From positions 1 to 64,000 of the forward strand of contig CAWJTV010000044.1 in the NCBI GenBank assembly GCA_963845755.1: a stretch of 64,000 nt of DNA. The letters are read 5' to 3'. Below, piece by piece: positions 54,101 through 63,523 of the stretch. A program made the position numbers and the translations under genes. How positions within the stretch are numbered: position 1 is the stretch's first letter; each line of letters starts with the position of its first letter. The notes below the pieces were generated by a model. The model did no database searches and was not told the origin of the DNA. It saw only the letters and a program-made list of their open reading frames with translations. The DNA comes from an uncultured Planctomycetota bacterium. Lineage in GTDB: Bacteria; Planctomycetota; Planctomycetia; Isosphaerales; Isosphaeraceae.

Positions 54101-57100
54101 GCTTGAGCCGCCGAGTTGAGCGTGAACGACTTCGTGGCGGTGAACTGGAGTTGAGAAGGCGTTCGCAAGACCGACGTGCTGACACCAAGATAAGCAAGCT
54201 GCATGTCCTGGAATTCGATCGCGAACTCGCGGTAGCTCTGGGCGCGGTCGGCCGTGATAATGTTCGCCTGCCAGCTCGTCGGGCCACCGTCATGCCGCTG
54301 TCCGCCTTGCTCGTATACCACGGTCGGCTTGTTCAAGGCGTTGGGCGTGACGACGGGGATCTCCCACTTCGAGTCGTCGGGTTCGACCAGGAGCGCCGCA
54401 TAGTAGCCCGCTTGCTGGTGCGTCGAGGGGCTAAAGTGATCGTGCGTGAACACCGAGCGAACCGTTCGGTCCAGCCCGTCGTTGTTCAGCGTCGGGTCGG
54501 TGTCGAAGCGCTGGATGGTCGTCTGGGCGCCGTCCCAATTCTGGAAGGCTGGGGGCTGGCCGAAGAGACTCCCCTTCGAGGGCGTCTTGGGATCGAGGGG
54601 GTAACTTTCGTTGACGGGGATGACCTTCAGTTGCCGCTGCGTCGTCCCCTTGTACTGGGTGGTCTCGTCGAATTTGTAGATCCCGCCCTTGGCGTTGACG
54701 GCCGCGATGCGCTCGCGGACCTCTTGCGGGCTGAACGTGCCATCTTCGTAATTGAAGCCGTTACCGGCGCCGTCGGACGAGGTGACATCGAACTTCACGA
54801 GATGGATGTGCTGGCCCAGAACATCGGTCGGTGTGCGCACCTGGAAATCGTCCATCTCGTAGTAATTCGGCACCAGGTTGGTGTGCCAGTATTCGATCGT
54901 GTCGTCGGTATTCGATCGGAAGAAGAAGGGTTGCGGCGCCCTGACGCCCGTCACGGTCGGCGCCACGTCATCCCAGAGGGTGAGGAGCCGCTGCTGGGGG
55001 AAGTGCCACCCTTTCTTGTTGAGCACCACGTCGAGCTGGAGGACGGCCGCCTTGTATCGGCGGACGTTGACATTCGATTCGCCGTCGCCGCGGACACCGG
55101 GAGGGGCATAAGGCGCACCGGGGACGGCGGGCAGGCCGTTCAGGATGAAATTGCCCGGATCGCCGTTGGGTAAGTAGGACCTGCGGGAACGTGTGGAGTG
55201 GGTCCTCATGGCCGCCTTCTCGATAGCCGTCCCATCCTGCGGCAGCTCGAAGGCGACCAGACCGCCGGCTTTCGCCTTGTAGTCGGGAGCGGGGCCGACA
55301 TCCACGAAGTCTTTCGAGAAGTCCCGCGCCGTGAAGAGATTGCGAACGAGATCACCGTCGAGGACCTGGTGTCGCGGGAGTCCACCGTCCAGGTAGACCT
55401 TCTGGCCGGTCGTCGCGTCGTAGATGGGATTGCCGCGTGCATCCTCTTTCCAGGCGTAATCGAGTGGCGGATGCGGTGGGCGATGTCCGGCGACGGCGGG
55501 GATGAAGAACGGGTAGCCCGGATTCTCGAAGTCGGCGCCGGGCTTATCAACCTCGACCCGCCGGCCATCGTCGATCAGACGGACTCGTGCGGGTGTGGAG
55601 GCCATGGCGAGCGAGGGCATCGGCACGATCGCCGGTATGGGAGTGCCCGTCACAATCTCGCCATCTGGCTGGGCACGGTTCCAGGCGGGCTTGACGTCCG
55701 TGTCGCTCACCGATTGGCGTGTACCCCCATTGTCAAAATAGTAATACTGGATCATCCCGCTCTTGTCCTCGCGGTAGACCACATAATCCTTCCCGCCCTG
55801 GCTGGTAATCAGGGTCACGGGACGTCCGTCCTTGTCAAGCCTCGTGCCAGACTCGAATGCGTCGTGCACGCGCCAGAGTGACCACATCCCCTCGGCGAAG
55901 TGAGGGTAGAAATGGCAGTGGAAGATCGAATCGCCCACAGTATAGTTGAGGTTGCCGCTACCGCCGTGGGTGATCTCCATCGTGTAGCCGGAGCCGGCGA
56001 CGACGGTCTGGCTATCCAGGTATTGGCCGTTGTCGCTATTCGGTGTGTGCAACCACTGGTGCGCATGCTGGTGGTGAACGTGGGTTATCCCCTCGCTGGC
56101 GTTGAGCACTCGGAACTTCACATGATCTCGCATGTAGCTGTGATAGACGTTGGATGGGTCGTCGGGGTAATAGGCCTTGGTAGCACCCTCGCCTGGTTTC
56201 TTGGGGGCCACGAGGGTTCCAGGCTTCGGGATCACCGCCACTCCCGGTTTCGTCGGCGGGGTAGGAGGTTCACCGTCGGGGTTTGTAAGCGCCTGATTAT
56301 TCGCATTGGCCGGTACATCGACGACCATGGCCGGATCACCGCAAGACCATGAACTGAGGAAAAACTCCTCGAATTTCAGGTCGACCGCGTCCTTCCTTCC
56401 CATCGGCCCTACGCCCAATCGATTGGAAAGGATCTCGGCGCCGATCCCGGCGCAACCGTAGTTGATTCCGAAGAAGTCACCGCCGGCATTGGCGTAGGTA
56501 TTCAACTGCGGGAATGCCTGGACGGTCGAGAAGTTATAATGGTAGACGATCGTGAATTCGCGATACGGCTGCCTTCGGTCGGGCGACGAGGGATTCTCGT
56601 GGAATAGCGGGCCGTTGATCGAGTAAGGCCAACGGTCATGGTTGGGCCCGGTGATGATCGCCGTTAGATCACTATCGACCAGACTAAAATCCTTCTGATT
56701 GGGAGCGTGATCGGGGTCGGGCGGGTTCTTGAGCATGCTGAGCACAGGGGTACCGTCCGGGATGAGCTGCCCGCTCGGGTATTTGGCACCGGGTGGGTAA
56801 AGTGCCAGGTAGTTGACCAGATGCTGCAATTGGTGAGGGACCGATTCCAGGTTGACGAGGTGCAATCGCCTCCAGGTGGACGGGTCGCCTGCCCGATGGA
56901 TGAGGACCACGGAGGTGGTCTTGAACGTGCGCTTCTGGATCTGATCGGGAGGTGCCGGTACCACAGTCGTCAGGGTGTAGACCTCGTAGGAAACACCGCG
57001 GATCACCACAGTGACCGGGTCGGCTTTAGAGTCGAGCTTGACCTGCAACTGCATATTCGTTCGCTTGCTCGGAGGCGATTCCAGCAGGTAAACCCCCGGC

Positions 57101-58167
57101 TGCTCCGGCAGATAGATCACGTATTCATGGGATTGTTTGATCCTTTCGGCCACGCTGAGCGTCGCGACGGCGCGCCTTTTTTGCTGCAAGCCTCGTTCCT
57201 GACTGTCCTCCACGTAATAGGTCGCCTGGTCCAGGTCCTCGCGGGTCACCTGGCTCCGGTAATACTCGGCCCCTTCGGGCTGGACATTGACCACGCCGAA
57301 GAGCCCTGACTGGAGCTGACTTGTGTCGTTCGGTAGCGGCGCGTCATCCGAAAAGCTGTGGACCAGGTACGTCCCCTCGGCCTTGGCGTAATACCGGTAA
57401 ACCTTCGTTGCTCCTGGGGCACAGACACTCCCGGGCTCACCACCCGGCTCCTTGGATGGGTTACTCGAGCCGTTTTTTTGCGTCTCGGTCGGTTTCGCTG
57501 GCGGGTTCGTGCCGACCCAGGACGAGTCGTTATCGATACCGCCCTCCTTGAGAAGCTCGAGTCCCATCGGATGGAAACCCGCATAGCGAGTCAGGGACGC
57601 CGTGCTGACCGGGAGCTTCGGATTCAGCAAGTTGGTGAAAGTCACCTCCAACTCGTCGCCCTCGTTGACTCGCAAGACCAGGGGGCGCGGACGCTTGTCT
57701 TCCCGCAGCCGAACCTTGCCCGGCTCCAGCGTTGCGAACTCGAAAGCCGTTGGATGCTTCGGGTCGTAATCGGTCGGGACCACATCCCGCGCCAGGGCGT
57801 AGATCATCGCATTGGGCTGCGATGCACCGAGGCGATTCCACATGTAAGGCTGATCCAGCGCGACGACGTGGGCCTTGACGGTCCGCCGGCGTGCGCGTGC
57901 TGCCTTCTGTCGTTGATAGGCTCGGGAGAAACGATACAAACTCGAGCCACCCTGGGAACCCTGGGTTGCACGAGCCGGCGGGGCCGGGGTCTCATCGGCG
58001 GTATCGGCGGTGTCCGACGGCGGAGCGTCTGAGGAGGCCGGGGCCGTGCCACCGGCCACCTGGGCGAGTACGGTCCTCTCGATCGTTGCGGAGGCTCCCC
58101 AGAATAAGAGGGCCAATCCCGCGAATTGGCCGACCACTCGGACGACAAAACGACTTGAGATCGACAT
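51196..58167 (-). CDS. Giant secreted multicopper oxidase (MnxG-like, ~2320 aa)
   Basis: Signal peptide; RPLVLRVNEGD, HVHHQHAHQW, FHCHFYPHF, GQHIHLVKFD, FTHDH, HSFTIHG, GLHPQL, VHGH. Confidence 0.88.
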   Translation of the reverse strand: MSISSRFVVRVVGQFAGLALLFWGASATIERTVLAQVAGGTAPASSDAPPSDTADTADETPAPPARATQGSQGGSSLYRFSRAYQRQKAARARRRTVKAHVVALDQPYMWNRLGASQPNAMIYALARDVVPTDYDPKHPTAFEFATLEPGKVRLREDKRPRPLVLRVNEGDELEVTFTNLLNPKLPVSTASLTRYAGFHPMGLELLKEGGIDNDSSWVGTNPPAKPTETQKNGSSNPSKEPGGEPGSVCAPGATKVYRYYAKAEGTYLVHSFSDDAPLPNDTSQLQSGLFGVVNVQPEGAEYYRSQVTREDLDQATYYVEDSQERGLQQKRRAVATLSVAERIKQSHEYVIYLPEQPGVYLLESPPSKRTNMQLQVKLDSKADPVTVVIRGVSYEVYTLTTVVPAPPDQIQKRTFKTTSVVLIHRAGDPSTWRRLHLVNLESVPHQLQHLVNYLALYPPGAKYPSGQLIPDGTPVLSMLKNPPDPDHAPNQKDFSLVDSDLTAIITGPNHDRWPYSINGPLFHENPSSPDRRQPYREFTIVYHYNFSTVQAFPQLNTYANAGGDFFGINYGCAGIGAEILSNRLGVGPMGRKDAVDLKFEEFFLSSWSCGDPAMVVDVPANANNQALTNPDGEPPTPPTKPGVAVIPKPGTLVAPKKPGEGATKAYYPDDPSNVYHSYMRDHVKFRVLNASEGITHVHHQHAHQWLHTPNSDNGQYLDSQTVVAGSGYTMEITHGGSGNLNYTVGDSIFHCHFYPHFAEGMWSLWRVHDAFESGTRLDKDGRPVTLITSQGGKDYVVYREDKSGMIQYYYFDNGGTRQSVSDTDVKPAWNRAQPDGEIVTGTPIPAIVPMPSLAMASTPARVRLIDDGRRVEVDKPGADFENPGYPFFIPAVAGHRPPHPPLDYAWKEDARGNPIYDATTGQKVYLDGGLPRHQVLDGDLVRNLFTARDFSKDFVDVGPAPDYKAKAGGLVAFELPQDGTAIEKAAMRTHSTRSRRSYLPNGDPGNFILNGLPAVPGAPYAPPGVRGDGESNVNVRRYKAAVLQLDVVLNKKGWHFPQQRLLTLWDDVAPTVTGVRAPQPFFFRSNTDDTIEYWHTNLVPNYYEMDDFQVRTPTDVLGQHIHLVKFDVTSSDGAGNGFNYEDGTFSPQEVRERIAAVNAKGGIYKFDETTQYKGTTQRQLKVIPVNESYPLDPKTPSKGSLFGQPPAFQNWDGAQTTIQRFDTDPTLNNDGLDRTVRSVFTHDHFSPSTHQQAGYYAALLVEPDDSKWEIPVVTPNALNKPTVVYEQGGQRHDGGPTSWQANIITADRAQSYREFAIEFQDMQLAYLGVSTSVLRTPSQLQFTATKSFTLNSAAQAELKALNVGDKIPPAASDPIRADFKTNSITLSNEAVLVTPPTGIGFRINDPGGPASVVAYSIDPVFLVSTIVTAGPLFTLNASAKNEITTTLKPGDVIPNSPTDPVRSQFLAFGIDLSETGATLVAGTSPFLFQINDVRAKDAAGNPIITERYPLDVNFGLYTPDMAPGWADPPNTVNAPGVGPNTPTPLTPQLISFGTIGTYSVGYRNEPLPLRVAIPVPGKPESTDLAYAYASIERGDGDLDLQPAFFAMDPALKKYLVPPGGNVPPEIVKAFEDAGVLLPNSAKLAFNPVLHEWTIEVPGKVLTIYVIKEFGAPIPSDLYVFTGIIGSPRSFSAPLVPLSADPNEGGVTGRDPYTPMLRAYANDRVQVRALAGAHMDEHSFTIHGVKYYFEPSYTNSGFQNTQAISLSEHFEMDFTIPAKTETQHRYFADYLYEPSGNAQGQTSGAWGILRAYDGAAYNLGHRYRPKRGPSDPRSRTYLKPLPNNEAGKAPHTLDFEKLYAAAPADQKQEYTIVASTVAQVLPAGTLYYNSRGQASHNFPFQSASASTTKLENPYALIYVNGDDLGPDGKLRGDMHVEPLILRANAGDWIKINLINQFNPGDQTFGTAAGIGQFAAGNPFARLALSSNTTPLTLNTSKSVGLHPQLVEYDITSGDGMNVGYNPKATADPAGVRTMYWYAGSLSFDQDDTLIQTPVELGSVNLAPADPLIQHRKGLIGALVVEPLGSKWPKRHHELDLVPEYQYVYDTKGTVTKIENHLMRTRATATVTKADGKEFRELALVMQTDAFTYVNNKNKGTNYPALNYRNEPIQYRYPTSGYPPAAPASTASRLSNGLVSPQLPNQPLAYADPQTPVFTVKAGTPVRFRWIYPVGAGGDAGGSSQVPVVHGHVFQEEPYVNDSRELGFNPLSEWMGGRFILPGQTIDMLFDSAGGSFKVPGDYFYGTFIGQTSGNGDTQAIWGLFRVTP

Positions 58168-58888
58168 CGGTCTTGCTCCATTGACCAGCCGATGAATCGA
58201 AAACGACACGCAGCCCAGAGTGTTACCGTCAACGCCGATTCATCTGCGCAGACTCATCTACTTCGACGGGAGCGCCACGACTCCCGAACACCATTTTCAC
58301 GCCTCAAGGAGACGCGACGCCTCTCCCCTCGAAGTCGTCGCCCACCCTGTGATCAGTTCGATGAAACCGAAGTACGCGGTTCGCGCAACCCCACTTGATT
58401 CCGAGTGGCGCGTCTGATCGATTTGTTTGATGGTCCACACATGAACCGATTGACCTCGAGATGAGGGTTCGAAACGTGGATTCCATCGACACCTTAGATA
58501 GTCGTACCGGGTCCCGTCTACGTTGTCTAGAAAAAAATCAGATTTGGCCAAGAAAAAGATTTCGGCAGACTGGCGACTGGATTATAGTCGTTTATCAAAT
58601 CCTCGCTGCCTGCGCCCGAAACATTGTGTGAAGGTTTCGGGTGCCGGCAGGCTGCGGCCGTTGGTTGCAGTTCTCAACAGCCCGTCATGACGGCTCGGGG
58701 GATAGGTCACCACGAAGACCGGTCGCCTCTCACATCGTCGTGGGGAGCGGCCTCCATCTCCCGGCTTCGCACGGCACCATGGATCTCCCGACGCGACCCG
58801 ATGAAGTGCCCGGATCGAGTCATCAGGCTTGAGCCGATCGAGGGGAACCGGCCAGGGGACTTTCGTTCGTAGGAAGGAATCGACTGCG

Positions 58889-59674
58889 ATGAGGAAGGGG
58901 CTTTCGGCAGACCAAGTCGGGTCATATGAGCGTCTGGGGGCGCTCTGCCCGATCCCCGTCCTCAACGGCGCCGAAGTCGCCTGCTATCGGGCAGCCCTCG
59001 AGGAAATCGAGCTCCAAAGCGGAGGCCAACTAAAGAGACTTGATAACGCGCACCTGTTCTTCCGTTGGGCTTACCGGCTGGCCACCCACGACGCCGTAGT
59101 GGACGCCGTCGAGTCGATCCTCGGCGACGATTTCCTGATCGACGGTACATTGATTCTCTGCAAGTACCCACAAGATCCGAGTTATGTGTCCTGGCACCAG
59201 GACAGCGTCTATTCCAACTGGCATCTGTCTCCGAGCACCTCGGCGTGGATCGCGCTGAGCTCGAGCACCGCCCGCAATGGCTGCATGCGCGTGATAATGG
59301 GATCTCACGCACGCGGCCAGGTCGACCACGAAGAGATCCAGGATCGCAATAACCTCTTGCGGCGCGGAGAGCGGATCGGAGTGGCGGTCGACGAAAGTGA
59401 GGCGGTCGAACTCGAACTGCGTCCGGGCGAGATGTCATTGCACCATTGCAATATCATCCATGGCTCGAATGCGAACCACACCGATGACAAACGAATCGGG
59501 TTCATCGTAAGGTTCGTCACGAGCCGGATCCACCGCGATGGCAAGCCGCTCGTACGGGTCCGCGGCTCGTCGGATTGCCGGCATCTCGAACTGGTCGGAG
59601 AGCCGGCCGACATCGACCCGGCCCAGGCGTTCGCGAACTGGTGTGCATTTACGCGGCGGAGGCAGCCGTCCTGA
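58889..59674 (+). CDS. PhyH-family Fe(II)/2OG dioxygenase
   Basis: VSWHQD, GCMRVIMGSH, IIHGS..KRIG. Confidence 0.9.
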   Translation: MRKGLSADQVGSYERLGALCPIPVLNGAEVACYRAALEEIELQSGGQLKRLDNAHLFFRWAYRLATHDAVVDAVESILGDDFLIDGTLILCKYPQDPSYVSWHQDSVYSNWHLSPSTSAWIALSSSTARNGCMRVIMGSHARGQVDHEEIQDRNNLLRRGERIGVAVDESEAVELELRPGEMSLHHCNIIHGSNANHTDDKRIGFIVRFVTSRIHRDGKPLVRVRGSSDCRHLELVGEPADIDPAQAFANWCAFTRRRQPS

Positions 59675-59729
59675 TCGCGTAACAGTCGAGGCATCGGAAA
59701 CTTGACTCGAAGGGCAACGGGGTGGCGCG

Positions 59730-60569
59730 ATGACCGACAAGGAACGATTCCTCTTCGATCTGAACGGCTATTTGACCCTGGATTGCGTCCTGACCGATGA
59801 GGAGGTCGCGGCGGCCAACCAGGCGATCGATCGCCATGCCCACCTGCTCGAGAACCGACGGCCCGGCCTGGCTCATACCTCGCAGGTCCTCAAGGGGTCG
59901 AGCGGAAAGGCCGGGTTCACGCGGAACCCGCTCGGCTTCGCGAGGCCATGGTGCGAGCCATTCCGTCGCATGCTCACGCACGCCCGGGTCGCCGAAGTAT
60001 TTAATGAGATTCTGGGCCCCGGGTTCCGCCTCGATCATGGCCCGATGTTGATCCAGATGGTGAGGGAGACTGAAGGCCACTGGCTGCACGGAGGGCTGAC
60101 TTTCGACCCGTCCCGTTATCACCGCTTCGAACATGGAAGGATCCGGTGCGGGCTGTGCGTGGCCGCCTTTCAATTAACGGACGTCCGGCCGGGAGATGGC
60201 GGTTTTGTGTGCGTGCCGGGATCGCACAAGTCGAATTATCGGCCGCCGGAGGAGATGCTGTCGATGGCAGATGATCTGGGCTTCGTCCGGCAGGTCTCTG
60301 CGCCGGCGGGCTCGGTGGTCATCTTCAACGAAGCCCTTGTCCACGGGACGTTCCCCTGGCAGCCGGAGGAGCGCATCCGCCGGTCCGTTCTGTTCAAGTA
60401 TTCGCCGGGTTTCCTGGCCTGGGATAAGACGCCGCCATGCCCGATCGACGACCCCACGCCGGACGAACTGGGGCTGTTCGAGCCGACGTACCGGACGGGG
60501 AGACCCATACTGGGCGGCGCGGAAGAGGAATATGATGTCATCTATGCTCACAAACGGCCAATAAGCTGA
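59730..60569 (+). CDS. PhyH-family Fe(II)/2OG enzyme with H-G-G in place of H-x-D
   Basis: FDLNGY, WLHGG, VPGSHK, ALVHGT..RRSVL. Confidence 0.85.
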   Translation: MTDKERFLFDLNGYLTLDCVLTDEEVAAANQAIDRHAHLLENRRPGLAHTSQVLKGSSGKAGFTRNPLGFARPWCEPFRRMLTHARVAEVFNEILGPGFRLDHGPMLIQMVRETEGHWLHGGLTFDPSRYHRFEHGRIRCGLCVAAFQLTDVRPGDGGFVCVPGSHKSNYRPPEEMLSMADDLGFVRQVSAPAGSVVIFNEALVHGTFPWQPEERIRRSVLFKYSPGFLAWDKTPPCPIDDPTPDELGLFEPTYRTGRPILGGAEEEYDVIYAHKRPIS

Positions 60570-60685
60570 GCGGCCGACGGTAGGCCGGCATGATCGATCC
60601 GACACGGCGCGATCGCGAGACGGCGAGCGGAGTCCGTATCGAGACGGTTGGTCGGCATCCGGCAATCCTCGTGCAGAGAACTTCC

Positions 60686-61612
60686 ATGAACGGTAACCTC
60701 GCCTTCATCGCCTGCGTGGAGCGCGGGAGGCTCGAAGACCAGACGATCCTCCTCTGCCGGTCGATCCGCAGGTTCGGCGGTGTGTATCGCGACGCCCCGA
60801 TCTACCTATTTCAGCCGCGCCCCGGGATGGACGTTAGCGAGCGGACGTTGGCGGTGCTGTGCGAGCTCGGGGCCGTCCACATCTCCGAACCGCTCAACCT
60901 CGACTTCTCCGACGAGGGGACGCTGAACAAGATCTTCGTCTGTGCCTATGCGGAGCGGGTCCTTGACGAGTCGACGCTCGTCTTCCTCGACAGCGACACC
61001 GTCGTCATCGGAGAGCCCGCAGACCTGGCCCTTCCGCCGGGAATCGACATCGCCATTCGTCCCGCACACTCGACCAGGCTAAATAGCCGTGGCCCCACCG
61101 ACCCGATCGATGCCTACTGGCAGCGGGTGTTCCAGGATCGCGCGCTCCGCGATGTGCCATTTGTCGAAACGGAGCTGGGGCGGCGCGTAAGGGCCTACTT
61201 CAGTGCGGGCCTGATCGCGGTCCGCCGCGAGGCAGGTGTCTTCCGCGAGTGGGAGGACGATTTCCGGAGCCTGGTGAGCGGCGGGATTATTCCCGACGGC
61301 GCTCTCCCTCGGATGGATGAGATCGCGCTGGTTGCCACAGTCGTGCGCCGTTACGCGCGAGCACGGCTCCTGGACAAACGGTACAACTACCTGATCTACC
61401 GGCGGCCGATCATGATCCCGCCCATACGCCTCCTCTCCTTGAACCAGATCATACACATCCACTACCGACACGCGTTCTACAAGCCGGGTTTCTTGCGGTG
61501 CGTCCAGCCCCCCTTCGATGTGACCTGCCCGATCCTCCGGTGGCTGGATCAGTTCCTGCCGATGGAGCCGACGTTCGAGGGGGCCGTAGACGTGACCGAA
61601 GTCCTCGGATAA
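60686..61612 (+). CDS. Glycosyltransferase-like protein (GT-A, DxD)
   Basis: SIRRFGG, NKIF, VFLDSDT, YFSAG, DEIAL, RYNY, IHY. Confidence 0.7.
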   Translation: MNGNLAFIACVERGRLEDQTILLCRSIRRFGGVYRDAPIYLFQPRPGMDVSERTLAVLCELGAVHISEPLNLDFSDEGTLNKIFVCAYAERVLDESTLVFLDSDTVVIGEPADLALPPGIDIAIRPAHSTRLNSRGPTDPIDAYWQRVFQDRALRDVPFVETELGRRVRAYFSAGLIAVRREAGVFREWEDDFRSLVSGGIIPDGALPRMDEIALVATVVRRYARARLLDKRYNYLIYRRPIMIPPIRLLSLNQIIHIHYRHAFYKPGFLRCVQPPFDVTCPILRWLDQFLPMEPTFEGAVDVTEVLG

Positions 61613-61629
61613 TTCGGAGCCATCGATCG

Positions 61630-62337
61630 ATGCTCATCGACAACCAGACAGCCGTCCTGGTCTGCGCCGGTCCCTCCATAGACCGACTCTCGCCGGTCGC
61701 CTGGAGGGCGATCGAACAGGCGGGCGTGACCGTCTCAGTCAACGGATCGCTCGTCGCGCGGGCCTGCCTCCGTCACCGCCTCCGCTTCACTTACGCGGCG
61801 GCGATGGACGTTGCGACCGGGTTGGCCGAACATGTACCGGGGTTCGCCGAGGTCTGGAAACAGACTCCGGCATGGCGTCTCAGCGCCCACGGAACGGCGG
61901 CCGAGGCCGAATCGTATGTCAAGGAGGTAGAGTGGTGGGGTGACTGCCCGGACGAAGGATACATCGGCGGCAGCACGGCAATGGTCGCCGGCAACTGGCT
62001 CTGCAATCCCTGGCCGGAGGACGCCGACTCCCGGAACGCGTTAGAGGCTACGTCGCGCAGGTCCGGCAAGCCGATCCCCCGCCGCGGCTTCAAGCGACTG
62101 GCCTATGTGGGCCTGGATATGATACCCGGGCAAGGTGGACACGCCGAGGGCGCCGGGATGCATAGCAGCGGCTTCTCAGAGAGCCTCAGTCGGTACTACA
62201 TTGTCTGCAACAACTGGAGGCTATTCTTCCTCGAGGCCCGCGAGCGCGGGATCGAGGTTGTCAACCTGACTCCCGGGTCGGCATTGGAGCGACTCCCCCG
62301 ACTCGACATCCCGGATGACTGGTTGGTGCCCGGATGA
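61630..62337 (+). CDS. Hypothetical protein, possibly DUF115/Maf-like or GT42-like transferase
   Basis: VLVCAGPS, SVN, GST, GFKRLAYVGLD, VVNLTPGSAL. Confidence 0.55.
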   Translation: MLIDNQTAVLVCAGPSIDRLSPVAWRAIEQAGVTVSVNGSLVARACLRHRLRFTYAAAMDVATGLAEHVPGFAEVWKQTPAWRLSAHGTAAEAESYVKEVEWWGDCPDEGYIGGSTAMVAGNWLCNPWPEDADSRNALEATSRRSGKPIPRRGFKRLAYVGLDMIPGQGGHAEGAGMHSSGFSESLSRYYIVCNNWRLFFLEARERGIEVVNLTPGSALERLPRLDIPDDWLVPG

Positions 62338-62578
62338 TGGCTCTCCGCGGGCGTCGGTTCCGGCCAGACCACACCGCCTGGCCGGACTCGCCGCCGAGAC
62401 AACCTGGGCACAGAATCCTGATCTGATTCGAGTATTCGGAGTATCGAAGGCATTCTTATAATGAATCGACTTTGCCGGGAGAGATGGTCCCCGAGCGTAT
62501 CCACTTCGGGGATGGCGAGCGTTCTGGCTGGCAACAGCAAATCTCTCGCAGGGCCCCTTGACCAGGAGAAATAGCCGA

Positions 62579-63446
62579 ATGTCGATCGATAGACCACCGG
62601 GCTCTGAGGCCAGGGCGACACGCCCGGATGACGTCGACCCCGGTCCGCTGATCGGGACCTGGCGGAATACCAACGCCGACACCGGCCAGATCGCGGGCCT
62701 GCACGTCCAGGTTGTCGAAGGCCTGCGCGATGCTGAACGTGTGGGGGTCGTCGCGGCCATCCCACCGAGACTGGGGCAGGGTCCCCATCGGCATGCTCTA
62801 CAAAGGGAGCCCGGGGGCCGCGCAGGCGTCGGCCTTCGAGGCCCAATTCGAGTTCGGCCCGATGACGGCCCTCCTGGAGGCGAACCTTAGCAAGGGCCTG
62901 CTGATCATCGCCTGTTTGAAGACTTTTCGCGATGACAGCGGGCGGTCGAACTACTTTGTTCGGGAGTTTTTCCGGAGGACCGACGAAGGTCAGCCGCCCG
63001 CGCTCGCCCCCGTCAACCGTGGAGGGCGGCCCATCACGTGTGCCGACGATGAGCCCCCACAGGCCCAAGAGCTGTCGGGCTCGCGGAGTCTCGACCCGAA
63101 GTTATTCGCCGGTCATTGGAAAAACACCGACAATGGGACGCACGGCCTTCGAGAGGTCCGGCTGGCCGACCGGGACGGCGGGTTTCTCTTCGAGGCTGAC
63201 TTCGCCGAGGATCGAACGGACGATCGACGGCGCGAGGCAATCGCCCAGCCGTTCGCCGAGAACGCGGCCGGTACGGTCGCGACGCAGTTTCACACAGCGA
63301 TCGAGCGGGCCGGTCAACGAATGGTGATGCACGGTTGGGTCAAGCTGGGGGTGATGGTTATCGCCGTGTTCCGTCGTCCGATGGACTCGTCGGCGATCGC
63401 CCCCTGGTTCGACCGCGAATTCTTCTATCGAGCGGATCGCCATTGA
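62579..63446 (+). CDS. Hypothetical protein with two tandem beta-barrel-like domains (frameshift near 62710)
   Basis: AGGAG ribosome-binding site; DP..LIGTWRNTN..YFVREFFRR and DP..FAGHWKNTD..WFDREFFYR. Confidence 0.7.
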
Positions 63447-63523
63447 AACTCCGAGGGCTTGGGCGCCGACGGCCCGGATGGGCCACGATCTTGCCCGCTC
63501 CGATGACCCGGGGAGAAGCCACG

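Noticed and set aside
58210..58880. Sigma54 promoter for the multicopper oxidase
   Set aside because: No convincing TGGCAC-N5-TTGC found by eye on the minus strand
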